A DNA stretch of 64,000 nt from Blastocladiella emersonii ATCC 22665. Its lineage: Eukaryota; Fungi; Blastocladiomycota. A program made the position numbers and the translations under genes. A model generated the notes under the pieces. The model did not search any database. It had not been told where the DNA came from and worked only from the letters and a program-made list of their open reading frames with translations. Shown here one piece after another: positions 1-12,017 of the stretch. The DNA is taken from assembly GCA_025594325.1 (NCBI GenBank), contig JANHCV010000003.1:2232001-2296000 (forward strand), given 5' to 3'. Positions within the stretch are counted from its first letter, which is position 1. Each line of letters starts with the position of its first letter.

Positions 1-3000
1 GGCGCGTCGCGAGCGAGATCTAACGCGCGCCCGCCGGATTTTCACCCACCTTCCCGCGCGCGCGTGCGGCACCAAACTTGTTGTCGATCGGGGCGCAGTG
101 CTGGCGTTTATTTACGCCGCCCGCGCGTGCGCGCACCGATGCGGGGATCGCAATTAGATCAATTTGCGCCCACGCGTTGTTCAAGCTCGCCCGGAGACTC
201 GGGTGGAGCGCGGGCCCCGATTCCACCGAGGGTGGCGGCTTGGTGGCGACTCTGCTCACCAACGTCGTTGCGGTCGTCGCCAGCACCCTAACCCTAGCGG
301 CCTCGCCAGGGAATGCGCTAACCTGTGGTCGCCGTTGCGTGTCCGAGGAGCGCGACACTCGAGTTGTGATCCCGCCGTGATGCGACCGTGATCCCGGCCT
401 CGCGGGCGTCGCCCTCGATGGCCGCAATGAGCGAGTGGGTCAAGACGTCATGGTTGTGCTGCTTCTGCAAGAGGTTCCCCGAACGGCGCGTTTGCATGGG
501 GCAAGCAATCAAGAGCGGATATTAGGCGGCCCATGGGTCCTTGCGTCTGGATGCAGGAACGGAGTGCGCGGCCCGCCGACATCCGCGCGGGCCCACCCGT
601 TGAGGGCCGAACAACCGACAGGTGTGCGGCGTCGCCCGTGTGTGGCGGTTGATTTTTCGGTGGTGGTCCGTGCTGCAGCTCGCCCTCCTCGCCCATGCTC
701 GAACAACCATGGCCATCACCGCGGCGTAAGCTTGGTCAAACCCTGCTGCTGCTGCGGCTCCACCAGCTTCCGAGGATCCGCACTGAGCCGCGCCGCCGAC
801 GCCGAGATCCAAGTGCACGCGTCCGGCCCGCATCGCGTCCTCTCTCTCTCCTCCCAACTCCTGCTGTTCGCGATCTCGCTCGCTCGCTCGCACCCGATCC
901 TCGCAAGCAACTTAAGCCCGAACGATAGTCGGGTACGTGGCGGGACGTGCGACGCGTGTGGCGTGGTCGCTTGCGCTGAGCGCGGGCTTGACCTGAGCTG
1001 CCCCAGCGTTGACGTGGATGGACCCAGGACGCCCGCGCCACACAGCCACATCATGCGCAAGCACTCCGTCCTCAACTCATGTCGGCGCGCGTGCGAGCAA
1101 TTCGTGTAGCATAGCAGAACGACAGACGTCAGCGGACCGGACCCGAACCGTGGCCATCGTATCTAGGTACGGCTCCCCCCCGCGCGTCATCCTCGCCTTC
1201 TCCTCCATCGCCTCGGGCCCATCGCTACCTCGCTCTGCTGGCCAGAGTCCTCGCCCCTACACAACTGTACGCCCACGACCTCTCGTCGTCATCGCGCCCC
1301 TCTACGACCAGTGCTTGCAAGCGCTTGTGCTCCCTCCTTCGTCCAACTCGCGCGCGACGGCGGCGGCGGCGGCCAATGGCGAAGGAGTTGGCGGCTGGTG
1401 CAGCGCAGTGGGGCGGGCGGGTAAAAAAGGGACACGGCGTGCGCTTAGCGCGAGCACTCGTCCGCGACCGCGTTTCAACGGCTGCCGCAGCAACAACATT
1501 CGTTTCGGCGTGGGCGAGGGACTCAAAAACCCTCGCCGTCGTGGCCGCCGTCGCTTCCTCTCTCTCCTCTCCCTCCTGCTCTCGTCTCGATCACCACCAC
1601 CATCATGCATGTATCCCGCTCGCCTCGATCCTCTCGCGCAAGCTCGCGCCAAGCGCTGGCGTCGGCGGCCGTTGGCGGGGGTTCTGCGAGGGCGGCGGCG
1701 GAGCGCGTGCGCGTGAAAATGGGATCGGCCCCGTCGCTGCTGCGCCGCTCGCTGCGTCTCTAGGCGTAGCAAACGGTCGCAAACCCACGCCCACTCGAGG
1801 CCGCCATGGTTTCAGCGTGTCCCCATCACCGCCGTCGTCGTCGTCGCGATACCCATCTCGCCGCCGCCGCCGCCTCCCCCTGGCGGCCGTGCAGGGCACA
1901 CCAGATGCAGGCTGCACCAGCCTCGGTTGGTCGCCGCCTGCTTCTCCTCCCTCTTCGTCCTCTCGGCCTCGTCACATCGCACCCTCTCGCTTCTCCCTCT
2001 CGAACCCCCTCACCCTTGATCCGAGACGGCGGCAACCCCAGTGCGTTGTTCGGGCGTGGATCCCGGGCGTGCGGCGCGGCGCGGCGCCAATGCCGCGATA
2101 GATCTGCCGATCACCCACGATTGTGCCGGCCGCGTGTCCGATCGTGGACGCCGCCTGCTGCCGCTTTCCTCCGCCCCTCCGCTCCCTCGTCACCAGTTGC
2201 TCGCTCGCGGTGCTGACAGACGCGGACACGTCTCTCTCGTGTAGTTCTCTACTCTCCTCGACCGGCATCTCGTTGCTGCTCGCCCGGCGTCTCAAGACTG
2301 TCCTCGATCCCATTTCGGTGCGTGCCCCTCTCGCTTTCATGCGCGCGCGCGTTACCCGCACACCCGTGGTGTTGCACGGCGCGTCGATCCGAATTTATCA
2401 CCCGCCGTCGCGGCACCTCCGACGCTGTCGCACCATCACATCGCGACGCGGATCCGGTGCCGTGCCGCGCGGTCCCGCTCCGTGTCTCCCACCGCTCGCC
2501 TCGTCGCCGTGATCCTCTCCCTCTCTCCCTCATCCTCATCATTCGCCTCGCCGGCAATCCCACGGCCAAGTTGTGCCGACCACCCGGCAACGGCAGCAGC
2601 GCGCGCCCTATTTCCGGTCCACGGGCAGCCCTATTAATACTGCGTGTCCACGGTCGCGATCAGTAGTGATCGGCAACGGCTGCTGAGCCACCCACACCCG
2701 GCCTCCTGCCTCCGCGGTACGCTTCTTTCTCCTCTGACTCGATGCCCCCCTTCCCTCCCTCCTGCTTTGCCGTTCGCGCGCACGCGGGTGAGGCTGCTGC
2801 GCACAGCACTGCCGCTGCTGTGCCACGCAATTCCGCGTTCCGCGCGGGCCTGCACGCGTGAAAACGGAGTCGACGCGTTTCCCACCCGACTGGATCCGGG
2901 GCTCGCCCACCGCGTGTCGCGCCACGGCAGAACAAGCGTGCGCGTCGCGTTCCCACGCGCTCGCATTCATCAGCGATGCGCGTGGTGTCGGCGCGTTGTT

Positions 3001-3351
3001 CATGCCCCGCGCGCTTGCCGCGCCGGGCTGCGCGCGCCCGCCGACCGCTGCTCGCGCCGCCTCGATTGCACCCCGCCGCGCTCAAATTGGCTGCCTCTCC
3101 CCCTTCGGCCTCCGCCCTCCCGCTCGTTGTTCTACTCTGCTCTGTGCCACGCGTCCCTGACGTCCCCTTCTCGAACGCAGCGGTCCCAATCATAGCTCAA
3201 TCCGGACCACCACGCGCGCGCGTGCGTACGATCGGCCCGACGCTACGCCGTCCTTGTGCACCCTTCGCCCCGCGCCCGCCTGCTCGTTTGTTCGGCCCGC
3301 CGTCACGTCACGCGTGTCGCGCGTTCCCATCGCGCGCTCCCATCGCCCGGC

Positions 3352-5690
3352 ATGTCTCCCACCCCGCCGCGCGACCTCCTGGCGGGCTCTCCGCCCAACG
3401 CCGCCTCGGGCTCGCCAACATCCACACCCGCTCATCGGCCAGAACACCACCACCATGATGCGGCTGCAGCGGCGCACTGGCGATCCACCACCGCGACCGC
3501 CGCCGCGGGGCTCGCGCACCTCGCGACCGCCGCCGCGACCTCGTCGACCGTGATCCAACCACACGGACCCGCGGTCGCTGCCGAGGGCCACCACTACGAT
3601 CACCCGTTCCATCACCACCACGTCGCGGACCCGTACCAGCAGCACTACCAGCAACAGCAACCCCACTACGCGTACTACCAGCAGCGGCAGCCGTTCCACC
3701 ACGGGCCCGCGGCGCCGCAGCAGCAGCAGCCGCCTTCGGCCTACTACTCGCCGCCGTCGACGGGCTCGCGCCCTGGCTCGCCCGACGTCGCGGCAGCCGC
3801 GACGGGACCCGCTGGCGCCGTGTACGCGCACCCGTACGACCCGTACGCGGCCTACTACCAGCACCAACCGCAGCAGTACCAGCAGTACCACGGCTACGCG
3901 GCCCCGCCGCAGCACCCGCACCACGCATACCCATACCCACCCTCCGCTGCTGCTGCCCCCGCCGTCGCTCCCGCTGCGCAGCACGGCTACGCGCTGCCGC
4001 TGCCGCCACCCGCGCCCGCATCGTCAACGGCGCAGGCTCCCGCCGCGTCTGCGCCCGCACCACCAACAGCGGCCCCCGCACGCGCGCGCGGCGCGAGCAA
4101 CGCCAGCAGCACGAGCTCGCCCGCGGTCCGCGAGATGCCGGCGCCGACGCGCTCGGCGCCCGTGACGTCGCTCGCCGAGCACTTTTCGCAGTACTCGACG
4201 CGCGAGCACCGCGAGAAGATTGCCGCCTTCTACGCGGCGCGCCGGTGTCCCGCGCCCGAGGGCGAGCCCGAGCCCGCGTTTGTGCCGTACCGCAGTTTTG
4301 GCGAGGCCGTGTTGTCGAGTACGTTGACGGTCGCGAGGGACGCGGTTTGGGGGATGACGGCTGACTCGGTGCGTGGTGTGTCTGTAGACCCGACGTACAT
4401 CCAGCTCGACGACCTGTCCATCTTCTGCACCATCTGCCAGCGCTCGTTCAAGGTACGCTCTCGCTCGCTCGCTCGCGCGTGTGCGACACGTCGTGTTTCA
4501 GCCCCCCCGCTCACTCTCCCGGTATCTAGATGTCGACGCGCGGCAACCTGCGCTACATCCTGCGGCACGAGCAGTCGCTCAAGCACACGGACCGGCTGCA
4601 CCGCGTGGTCCTCGAGTTCGCGCCACCCTCCTCCTCCTCCAACGACGCCTCATCCGCCCCCGGCAACACCACTGGCGACGCCGCTGACCCGACCTCATCC
4701 CCGCCCGCGACCGACCCGGCCGACGACGCGCTGCTGCAGATGCAGGCCGAGGGCATGTCGCTGGGCAAGTCGATGAAGCTGAAGAAGGAGTACCTCGAGC
4801 AGGCGTACACGAAACACGTCGAGGCCAACCCGCTGTTCCGCGAGATCGACGACGTCAAGGTCCACTGCATCCCGTGCGCCAAGACCATCAAGCTCGACCG
4901 CCGACGGTCCCCGCGCACCGTGCTGCTCCACTGCGAGTCGCAGGTCCACGTCGCCCGCGTCAACAAGTACCGCCTCGCGCAGCAGCAGGAGGAGAATAGC
5001 GAGCGCGAGCGTGTGCGCCGTGCCGAGCTCAGTGTTGCGGCTGCGGCGGCTGCCGCTGCGTCGGCGACGGGGGTGACGGCTGAGGAGCCCGCGATCGTCG
5101 CGGTCGAGGCCGCGGCGGCGGGGTACACGGCGCGCCAGTTTGTCCCAATAGCGCCGGCCCCCGCCGCGGCCGCGCTCGCCCCGATCCCGGCCAGCGACAA
5201 CGCCGACCGACCCACGCTCCCGCGGCCCGCGCCGCACCTCCGCGCCCTCGCGGTCGCCGCCGCCGCGTCGGCGCAGCAGCAGCAGCTCGACTCGCCGAGC
5301 ACCACCGGCACATCGTCGCCATGGCTTCACACCACGACATCCACCACGTCCACGGACGCCCCGCTCCCCGGCTCCGTGTCCCTGTTCCGCGCGCGGAGCG
5401 ACGCGGGCACCGCGACCCCGCCGCCGGCGCAACGGCCGCGCGGCGGCGCGCTGCGCTCGCCCTCCTCGTCGTCGCTCAGCGCCGCGGGCCGCCCGCGCAG
5501 CTTGTCGAACCCGTACCCGTACCCGACCTCGGGGGCGGTCCGCCGCGACTCGCCGCCGAGCTACACGCCGGGCACCGCGTCGCCGCTCTCGTCGGTCCCG
5601 CCCGCTACGAGGTCCGCGCACACGTCGCCCGACTCGCAGCAGAAGAAGATGTCGCTCGGGTTCCTCATGGGGAGCAGCGACAGCCCGTGA
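3352..5690 (+). CDS. Putative zinc-finger protein (~730 aa) with Q/Y/P/H-rich low-complexity N-terminus; introns 4319-4387 and 4453-4529
   Basis: ORFs 3256-4776 and 4530-5690 join via GTACGC...TCTAG (77 nt). A second, in-frame GTACGT...CTGAC...TGTAG intron (69 nt) is also predicted. Two CxxC...HxxSxxH motifs (CTICQ...HEQSLKH; CIPCA...HCESQVH). First ATG at 3352; strong GC3 bias. Confidence 0.7.
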
Positions 5691-5728
5691 TCGCCTAATC
5701 ATAATTTATTCCTATTTTTGACCTACCC

Positions 5729-8229
5729 CTAGACCACATCGTACCCGTCCATGCTCATCTCCATACTCGCCGCGCCCGCCGTCAAACTGCGCAGCGCCTT
5801 GGCGTACCCGACCATGGCCGCGAGCGGGACCTGCGCGGTCACTTCCTGGGTATCCGCGCGCCCCGACGCGGCGTCGTCGCCCGCGATCCCGACGTGCCCG
5901 ACGCGCGCGCCGCGCCGGTTCAGGTCGCGCAGCACGTCGCCGACGCGCGCCGAGGGCACGACGACGCGCAGGCGCATGATCGGGTGTACCGTCACGGGCG
6001 ACGCAGAGCGCAGCGCACGCGTGACCGCCCAGTGCGTTGCCGCCGACGCGGGGCCGGCCGGGACCGAGGCGGCCGGGGTAGACGGTGAGCCGCGCTTGCC
6101 CTTTGCGGCGGTCACCGCGGGTTCGCCTTCGGCGGCCGCCTTGCCGAGCGTGTGCACCGTGACCTGGACGTGCGTCATGGGCGCGGCGCGGAGCGGGCCG
6201 GCAGCGAGCGCCGCGCGGGCGGCGCGCTCGACGTGGTGCTTGGTCTCGGCGTCGAGCCCGGGCACCTCGACGGCGACGGCGACGCCCGCGTCGCTCGGGA
6301 GCAAGCCGTCGTCGCGCGCGGGCGGGAGCGGGGCGACCGAGACGCCGACGCGGACGGGCGCCGGTGGCGCCGCAGCCGCGCTTCCTGCGGCGGAAATAAC
6401 GTGCGGGACGTAGTCGTCGACAAACTCGGCGGTGCCCGCGAGCGACTCGCGGTACGCGATCTGGACATCCCCGACGGTCGCGGGGACGCGGTGTTCGCGC
6501 AAGAGGCGGTCGCGCAGAATGTCCATGTGCAGCTCGCCCTGGCCCGCGAGCAGCAGCTGGCCCGTCTCGGGGTCCTCGCGCACGTGCACGCTCGGGTCCT
6601 CGCGGACCAGGTGCGCGAGCGCCGTGTCGAGGTCCTTGGCGTGCGCCGACGACGTCGGCTCGACGCTGCACGTGAAGACGGGGGCGGGGATCGGGAGGCC
6701 CGCGAGGACGAGGGGCGGAGCACCGCCGGTCGCGTTGGCGAGCGAGTCGCCCGTCCGCGTGTCCTTGAGCCCGAGCAGCACGCCAATGTTGCCCGCGCTC
6801 AGGGACTCGATCTCCTCGGCGTCGTTGGCGTACATGAGCAGGATCTTGTTGACGCGCTCCTTGGCCCCTAGCCCCTGCGTCGCGTTGACAACCTGCTGCT
6901 TCGCAGACACGGTCCCCGAGTACACGCGCACGTACGTCATGTACCCGCGCTTGCTGTCGTAGACGACCTTGAACGCGAGCGCGCACAGCGGCTGGTCCTC
7001 AAGCCGCACCATGACCTCGCGGTCGGTCCCGGCCACGCGCGCGGGGACGGGCGGCCGGTCGCGCGGGCTCGGCAGGTACCGCAGCGCCGCGTCGAGGACG
7101 GGCTGCACGCCAATGTTGCGGAACGAGGCGCCGACGAGGACGGGGACCCCCGCCCCGTTTAGGGTCGCGGCCCGCAGCGCGGCGTGGATCAGGGGAGCCG
7201 GGACGGCCATCGGGTCCTCGAGCTCGAGCAGCGCGTCGAGCACCGCGTCCGACGACTCGGACAGCGCTTCGACGAGGTGCGCGCGCGCCGCGGTCACGGC
7301 GGCGATGTCGGCGGGGTCGGACACCGCCGACGCCGTGACCCGCGCGCCCTCGCTCCCGGACGTCGCCGGGTCGGCCGACCACTCGAGTCGGACCATGTCC
7401 ACGACATCGAGCACCGCCACGAGCCCGGAGCCCTGCATCGTCATGACGTCGCCGGCGAACACGGGCAGCTGCGTGACGAGCGGCGGGCCCCACCCCGTCA
7501 AGCGGGAGCGGAGTCCGGCGACGGCGCGGTCGAGCGACGCCCCCGCGCGGTCCATCTTGTTCACGAACACGATGCGCGGCACGCGGTACCGGTTGGCCTG
7601 CGCCCACACGGTGGCCGTCTGCGCCTCGACGCCCGCCACGCCGTCCAGCACGCACACGGCGCCGTCGAGCACGCGAAGGCTCCGCTCCACCTCAAACGTG
7701 AAGTCGACGTGGCCCGGCGTGTCGATCAGGTTCAGCTTGAAGGGGACGGGCGCGGCGCGGGTGCCGGCGACGGACGAGTCGGTGGTTTCGGGTGGTGGGG
7801 GAGGCGGCGGCGGGGTGCCGGGCGTCCACGGCTTGAGCGCCCAGCCGAACGTGATGGCGGCCGACTGAATCGTGATCCCGCGCTCGCGCTCCTGCGGCAG
7901 GTAATCCATGACGGTGGACCCCTCGTCGACGTTGCCGATGCGCTTCGTGTACCCCGCGAAATGCAGCATGCGCTCGGTCGTCGTCGTCTTGCCCGCGTCA
8001 ATGTGCGCGATGATCCCCAGGTTGCGGATCCGGGCCGGGTCCCAGGTCCCACTGAGCGACACGGCGGCTGTGCGTGGAGATCAGATCCATGGGTTCGTTG
8101 ATGCATTCCATTCCATGAGAGTTACATGCCAGCGCTGAAAAGTCGCTGCCGGGGCACGAGCGCCGTGCGCGGGTGGCGCAGCAGCATCGCGGCGGCAGGC
8201 CGCAGCAGCAGCATCCGCGTCGAGGCCAT
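5729..8229 (-). CDS. MEF2: Mitochondrial elongation factor G2 / ribosome-releasing factor 2 (~812 aa); exon 1 8130-8229, intron 8068-8129
   Basis: EF-G GTPase motifs IRNLGIIAHIDAGKTTTTERML, DYLPQERERGITIQSAA, NLIDTPGHVDF, NKMD, GQGELH. Exon 1 encodes an Arg/Leu-rich, acid-free presequence MASTRMLLLRPAAAMLLRHPRTALVPRQRLFSA. The MEF2 rather than MEF1 call is from overall motif resemblance. Confidence 0.88.
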
Positions 8230-8497
8230 TGCGGGGAGTGCGATGCGGCGAGTTCTTCGCCGTGATTATGCAGTTGTAAATCAAGTGTTGACGGCCCCTC
8301 GCAACGCGTCACGCGACGGCGGGACGCGTTTCTTAGCCGCGTGCGGTCCAGGAGTTCGGGGCAGCGTTTAATCTCGGCGGCAGAGCTTTGTCAGCTCTTG
8401 CCAGCGCGTCCGCCACGCCATTCGCGCGCGCTCCCCGCTCTCCCTCTCCCCAACAGGACCCCACACCCCTCAGTTGCAACGTATCATACACGACACC

Positions 8498-10024
8498 ATG
8501 CCCGTCCAGCCCGAGCCCAAGATCTGCGCCACGGTCCTCGACCACATTGGCAACACGCCGCTCGTGCGCCTCAACAAGATCCCGCAGCAGGAGGGCATTG
8601 GCCACGTTGAGCTGTGTATGCATGCCCTTTGCGTGTGCCGTCGGCAGACGCATCAGCACTGACACTGCGCTGCGCAAACAGACGTCAAGTGCGAGTACTT
8701 CAACGCCGGCGGGTCGGTCAAGGACCGCATCGCCAAGCGCATGGTCGACGAGGCCGAGAAGGCCGGCATCCTCAAGCCGGGCTTCACCATCATCGAGCCG
8801 ACCTCGGGCAACACGGGCATCGGTCTCGCGCTCGCCGCCGCCGTCAAGGGCTACCGGTGCATCATCACCCTGCCCGAGAAGATGTCGCAGGAGAAGGTGG
8901 ACGTGCTCAAGGCGCTTGGCGCCGAGATCATCCGCACGCCCACCGAGGCCGCCTGGGACGCGCCCGAGTCGCACATTGGCGTCGCCAAGCGCCTCAACGC
9001 CGAGATCCCCAACTCGGTCATCCTCGACCAGTACGGCAACCCCAACAACCCGCTCGCCCACTACCACGGCACCGCCGAGGAGATCCTCGACCAGCTCGAC
9101 GGTAACGTCGACATGTACGTCGCGGGTGCGGGTACCGGCGGCACCCTGTCGGGCACCGCCAAGAAGCTCAAGGAGGCGTGCCCCAAGATCCAGGTCGTCG
9201 GCCTCGACCCGCACGGCTCGATCCTCGCCCTCCCCGAGTCGCTCAACGGCTCCATCACCTCGTACAAGGTCGAGGGCATCGGCTACGACTTTATCCCCGA
9301 GGCGCTCGACCGCTCGCTCGTCGACTTCTGGGTCAAGACCGACGACAAGGAGTCGTTCCTCATGGCGCGCCGCCTCATCCGCCACGAGGGCCTCCTGTGC
9401 GGTGGCTCGTCCGGTACCGCGGTTGCCGGCGCCGTGCGCGCCATCAAGCAGGCCAACCTGCCCGCGGGCTCGCGCGTCGTGGTCATCCTCCCCGACTCGG
9501 TCCGCAACTACATGACCAAGTTCCTCTCGGACAAGTGGATGCACGACAACCACTTCATCTCGGCCGAGACGGTCGCCGAGGAGGAGCGCCGCCTCGGCGC
9601 CTTCCGCGGCGCCGCGGTCCGCGACCTCAAGCTTCCGACGGCCGTGACCGCCACCGCGACCACGTCGTGCCGCGACGCGGTCACCGTGATGCAGAAGAAC
9701 GGGTTCGACCAGCTCCCCGTCGTCGATGCCGCCAACTCGCGCGCCGTCGTGGGCCTCGTCACCCTCGGCAACATCCTGTCGCGCGTGTCCTCGGGCCGCG
9801 CCTCGCTCGAGTCCCCCGTCGACACGGTCATGTTCCACTTCGACACCCACCACAAGAAGTACTTTGAGATCACCCCCGACACCCCGCTCGCTGACCTCTC
9901 GGCCTTCTTCGACAAGTCGTCGTGCGGCGTCGTGACCGAGCGCGTCGCCGACGGCGTCCACAAGGTCGTGTCCGTGGTCACCAAGATCGACCTCATGGCG
10001 TGGCTCGTGCAGCACCGCGAGTAG
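8498..10024 (+). CDS. CYS4: Cystathionine beta-synthase (~486 aa), PLP enzyme with C-terminal CBS (Bateman) domains; intron 8616-8681
   Basis: [24 protein letters not shown] (PLP lysine), [63 protein letters not shown]. The GTATGC...CTGAC...CAG intron restores the frame. Confidence 0.95.
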
Positions 10025-10166
10025 AAGAGCTTGACGATTAGTTGGTTGTGAATACTATATACTGCGCTTGCTTGCTTACCACCGCTGTGACTGACTAGCC
10101 AGAGAGAGTATATACTAACCGAACATCATTATCAACAACATCGTCGCACACGCCGTCCTTGGCAGA

Positions 10167-11705
10167 CTACCACCCGAGGCTCTTGTTGCGCTTGTCGCCC
10201 TGCTGCACGCCACTCGCGGCCGCCGGCGCCTGGCCGCCCGCAATGACGCCGCCACCAATAAACTTGCCGAACATGCGGGCGCCGATGGCGCGGGCGCCGC
10301 CTTTCCCGATCTCGGTCTCGGTGAGGCCCTTTTTCGCGCCCTTGGCTGCCGCCTTCGGGTCGAGCTTGACCTTGGCGAGCTTGTACCGCGGGCCGTCACT
10401 ACCACCAGACGCGATGGCCGTCATGGCCGTGACGTTGGCCCCCGTCGCCGCGTCGACAAGGTTCCACGCCTTGTACGCGCCGAGGTGCGCCGTGCAGTTG
10501 TACGACACGACGTGCCCGGTCCAGTCGTACTCGGCGGTCGCGGGCGCGTACCGGCGCGTCAGGCGCACGTGGAAGACGGCCGAGCACCGCGGGAACTGCG
10601 TCATGCGCGGCTCGTGCGGGATCAGCGTGTCGCGGGGCGAGCGGCCGCGGCGAGGCGCTGGGGCACGGCCCGACTTGCGCTGGCGTTTCCCGCACCCGGC
10701 CAGGACTTTCGGGTGGTACGTGAACCCGAGATCCTCGACCACGTGCTGGACCAGGTGCTTGATGGGCCCGCCGTGCGTGACGAGGACGACCGTGCACACC
10801 TTCGCCGCCGCAGCGCGCGAAGCGGGCGGGGCCGCGGTAGCCGGCGTCGCGGGCCCGTACGTGTCGAGGAGCAGGTTGGACCCGGACCGCGGGAGCGCGA
10901 TGCGGTTGGGCGCCAGCAGGTGCTTTTCGACCACGTCAATGTACGACTCGACGACGCGCTCCTTGACGGTCGCCGACGCCTCGCCGCCGTGCGCCGCCAG
11001 GTACTCCTCGTAGTTGAGGTCGGCCTGCTTGAGCCGGGCTTTCGCCGACGACCACGGCTGGCCCGTCAGGTCGCCCAGGTGCTGCTCGCGCAGACGCGGG
11101 TCGAGGAGAACGGGTTTGTTGTGCGGGCGCGCAATCTCCTCGGCGGTTTGGCGAGAGCGGAGCAGGTCGCTCGAGTAGATGTAGTCGACGGGGAGGTGCG
11201 ACAGGCGGTGCGACAGGAGCAGCGCTTGCTTCATGCCCTTGGCGTTGAGCGGCGTGTCTGCACACGACTCGGCTGTTAGTTGCTAGCCACGATCCGACTC
11301 GCCCGTAAGAGCGTACCGTGGTGGCCCTGCACGACGCGCGGGCGGCGCGCGTTGAGGTCCGTCTCGGCACTACACACTCGCTCCCCCGCGTCAGTCCCTC
11401 GCCCTTTCCCCCCTCCCCTCCTCCACAACGTACTGTCGCACGACAATCAAGTTCAGCACAAGGTTCCGACGGGGCTCGACGGGATCGAGCGCGGGCGACG
11501 CCATGAGCAGCTGCGGCGTGAGCGGGCCCGCCGACAGCGGGATGGGGACCGGTGTGCTCGGGATCGAGCCCGTCGAGCTGCGATGCGCGCCGCCCTCGGG
11601 CAGCGACCCCATGGCCGCCACGTTCTGCAGCGCAATCGACACGCCGAGCGGCGGCGTAGTCGTCCCGTTGCCGCCGCGAGCGGACATGCGGCGGATCGAG
11701 TACAT
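10167..11705 (-). CDS. Histidine phosphatase / phosphoglycerate-mutase-like protein (~471 aa); introns 11370-11433 and 11258-11316
   Basis: The spliced product gives LIVVRHAETDLN...QGHHDTPLNAKG, then YSSDLLRSRQTAE, LREQHLG and VTHGG, the branch-1 histidine phosphatase motifs. Both introns are GT-AG with branch-like sites and the total length is in frame. Confidence 0.88.
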
Positions 11706-12017
11706 GGTGGTGTTGTTGTGTGTTGTTGGATGTTGGTGCGAGGTTCGCAGGGTGAGAAAGAGGTGCGGACAGGTGCCCCTGATTATTAACGGCTCGATAT
11801 GCACTTTCGCTAAGGCGGAGCAAGGGCGACGGGAGACACGGCGCGAAAACGCGGGTGTGCGACACGGTCAGGTGAGGAGCGCGCGTGTGTGGCGCAACAC
11901 GTGAGACGCGTTTGTCTCGCGAAACGGAGTGCGTGCGTCAATGGAAATCTATTTTCGGTGTAGCAAAAGCGCGGGAAGCAAAATCGCGGGAAGAGAGGGG
12001 AATCACAATCACAATGT

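Noticed and set aside
1-3250. Many overlapping 60-260-aa ORFs on both strands upstream of the first gene
   Set aside because: Arg/Ala/Pro-rich translations with no motifs or consistent GC3 bias; expected by chance in GC-rich promoter/UTR DNA.
8333-10015. 560-aa minus-strand ORF opposite CBS, and similar long antisense ORFs (15178-17931, 22275-25124, 51393-52970)
   Set aside because: Shadow ORFs: near-saturated GC3 on the coding strand removes stop codons from the antisense frame. No independent motifs.
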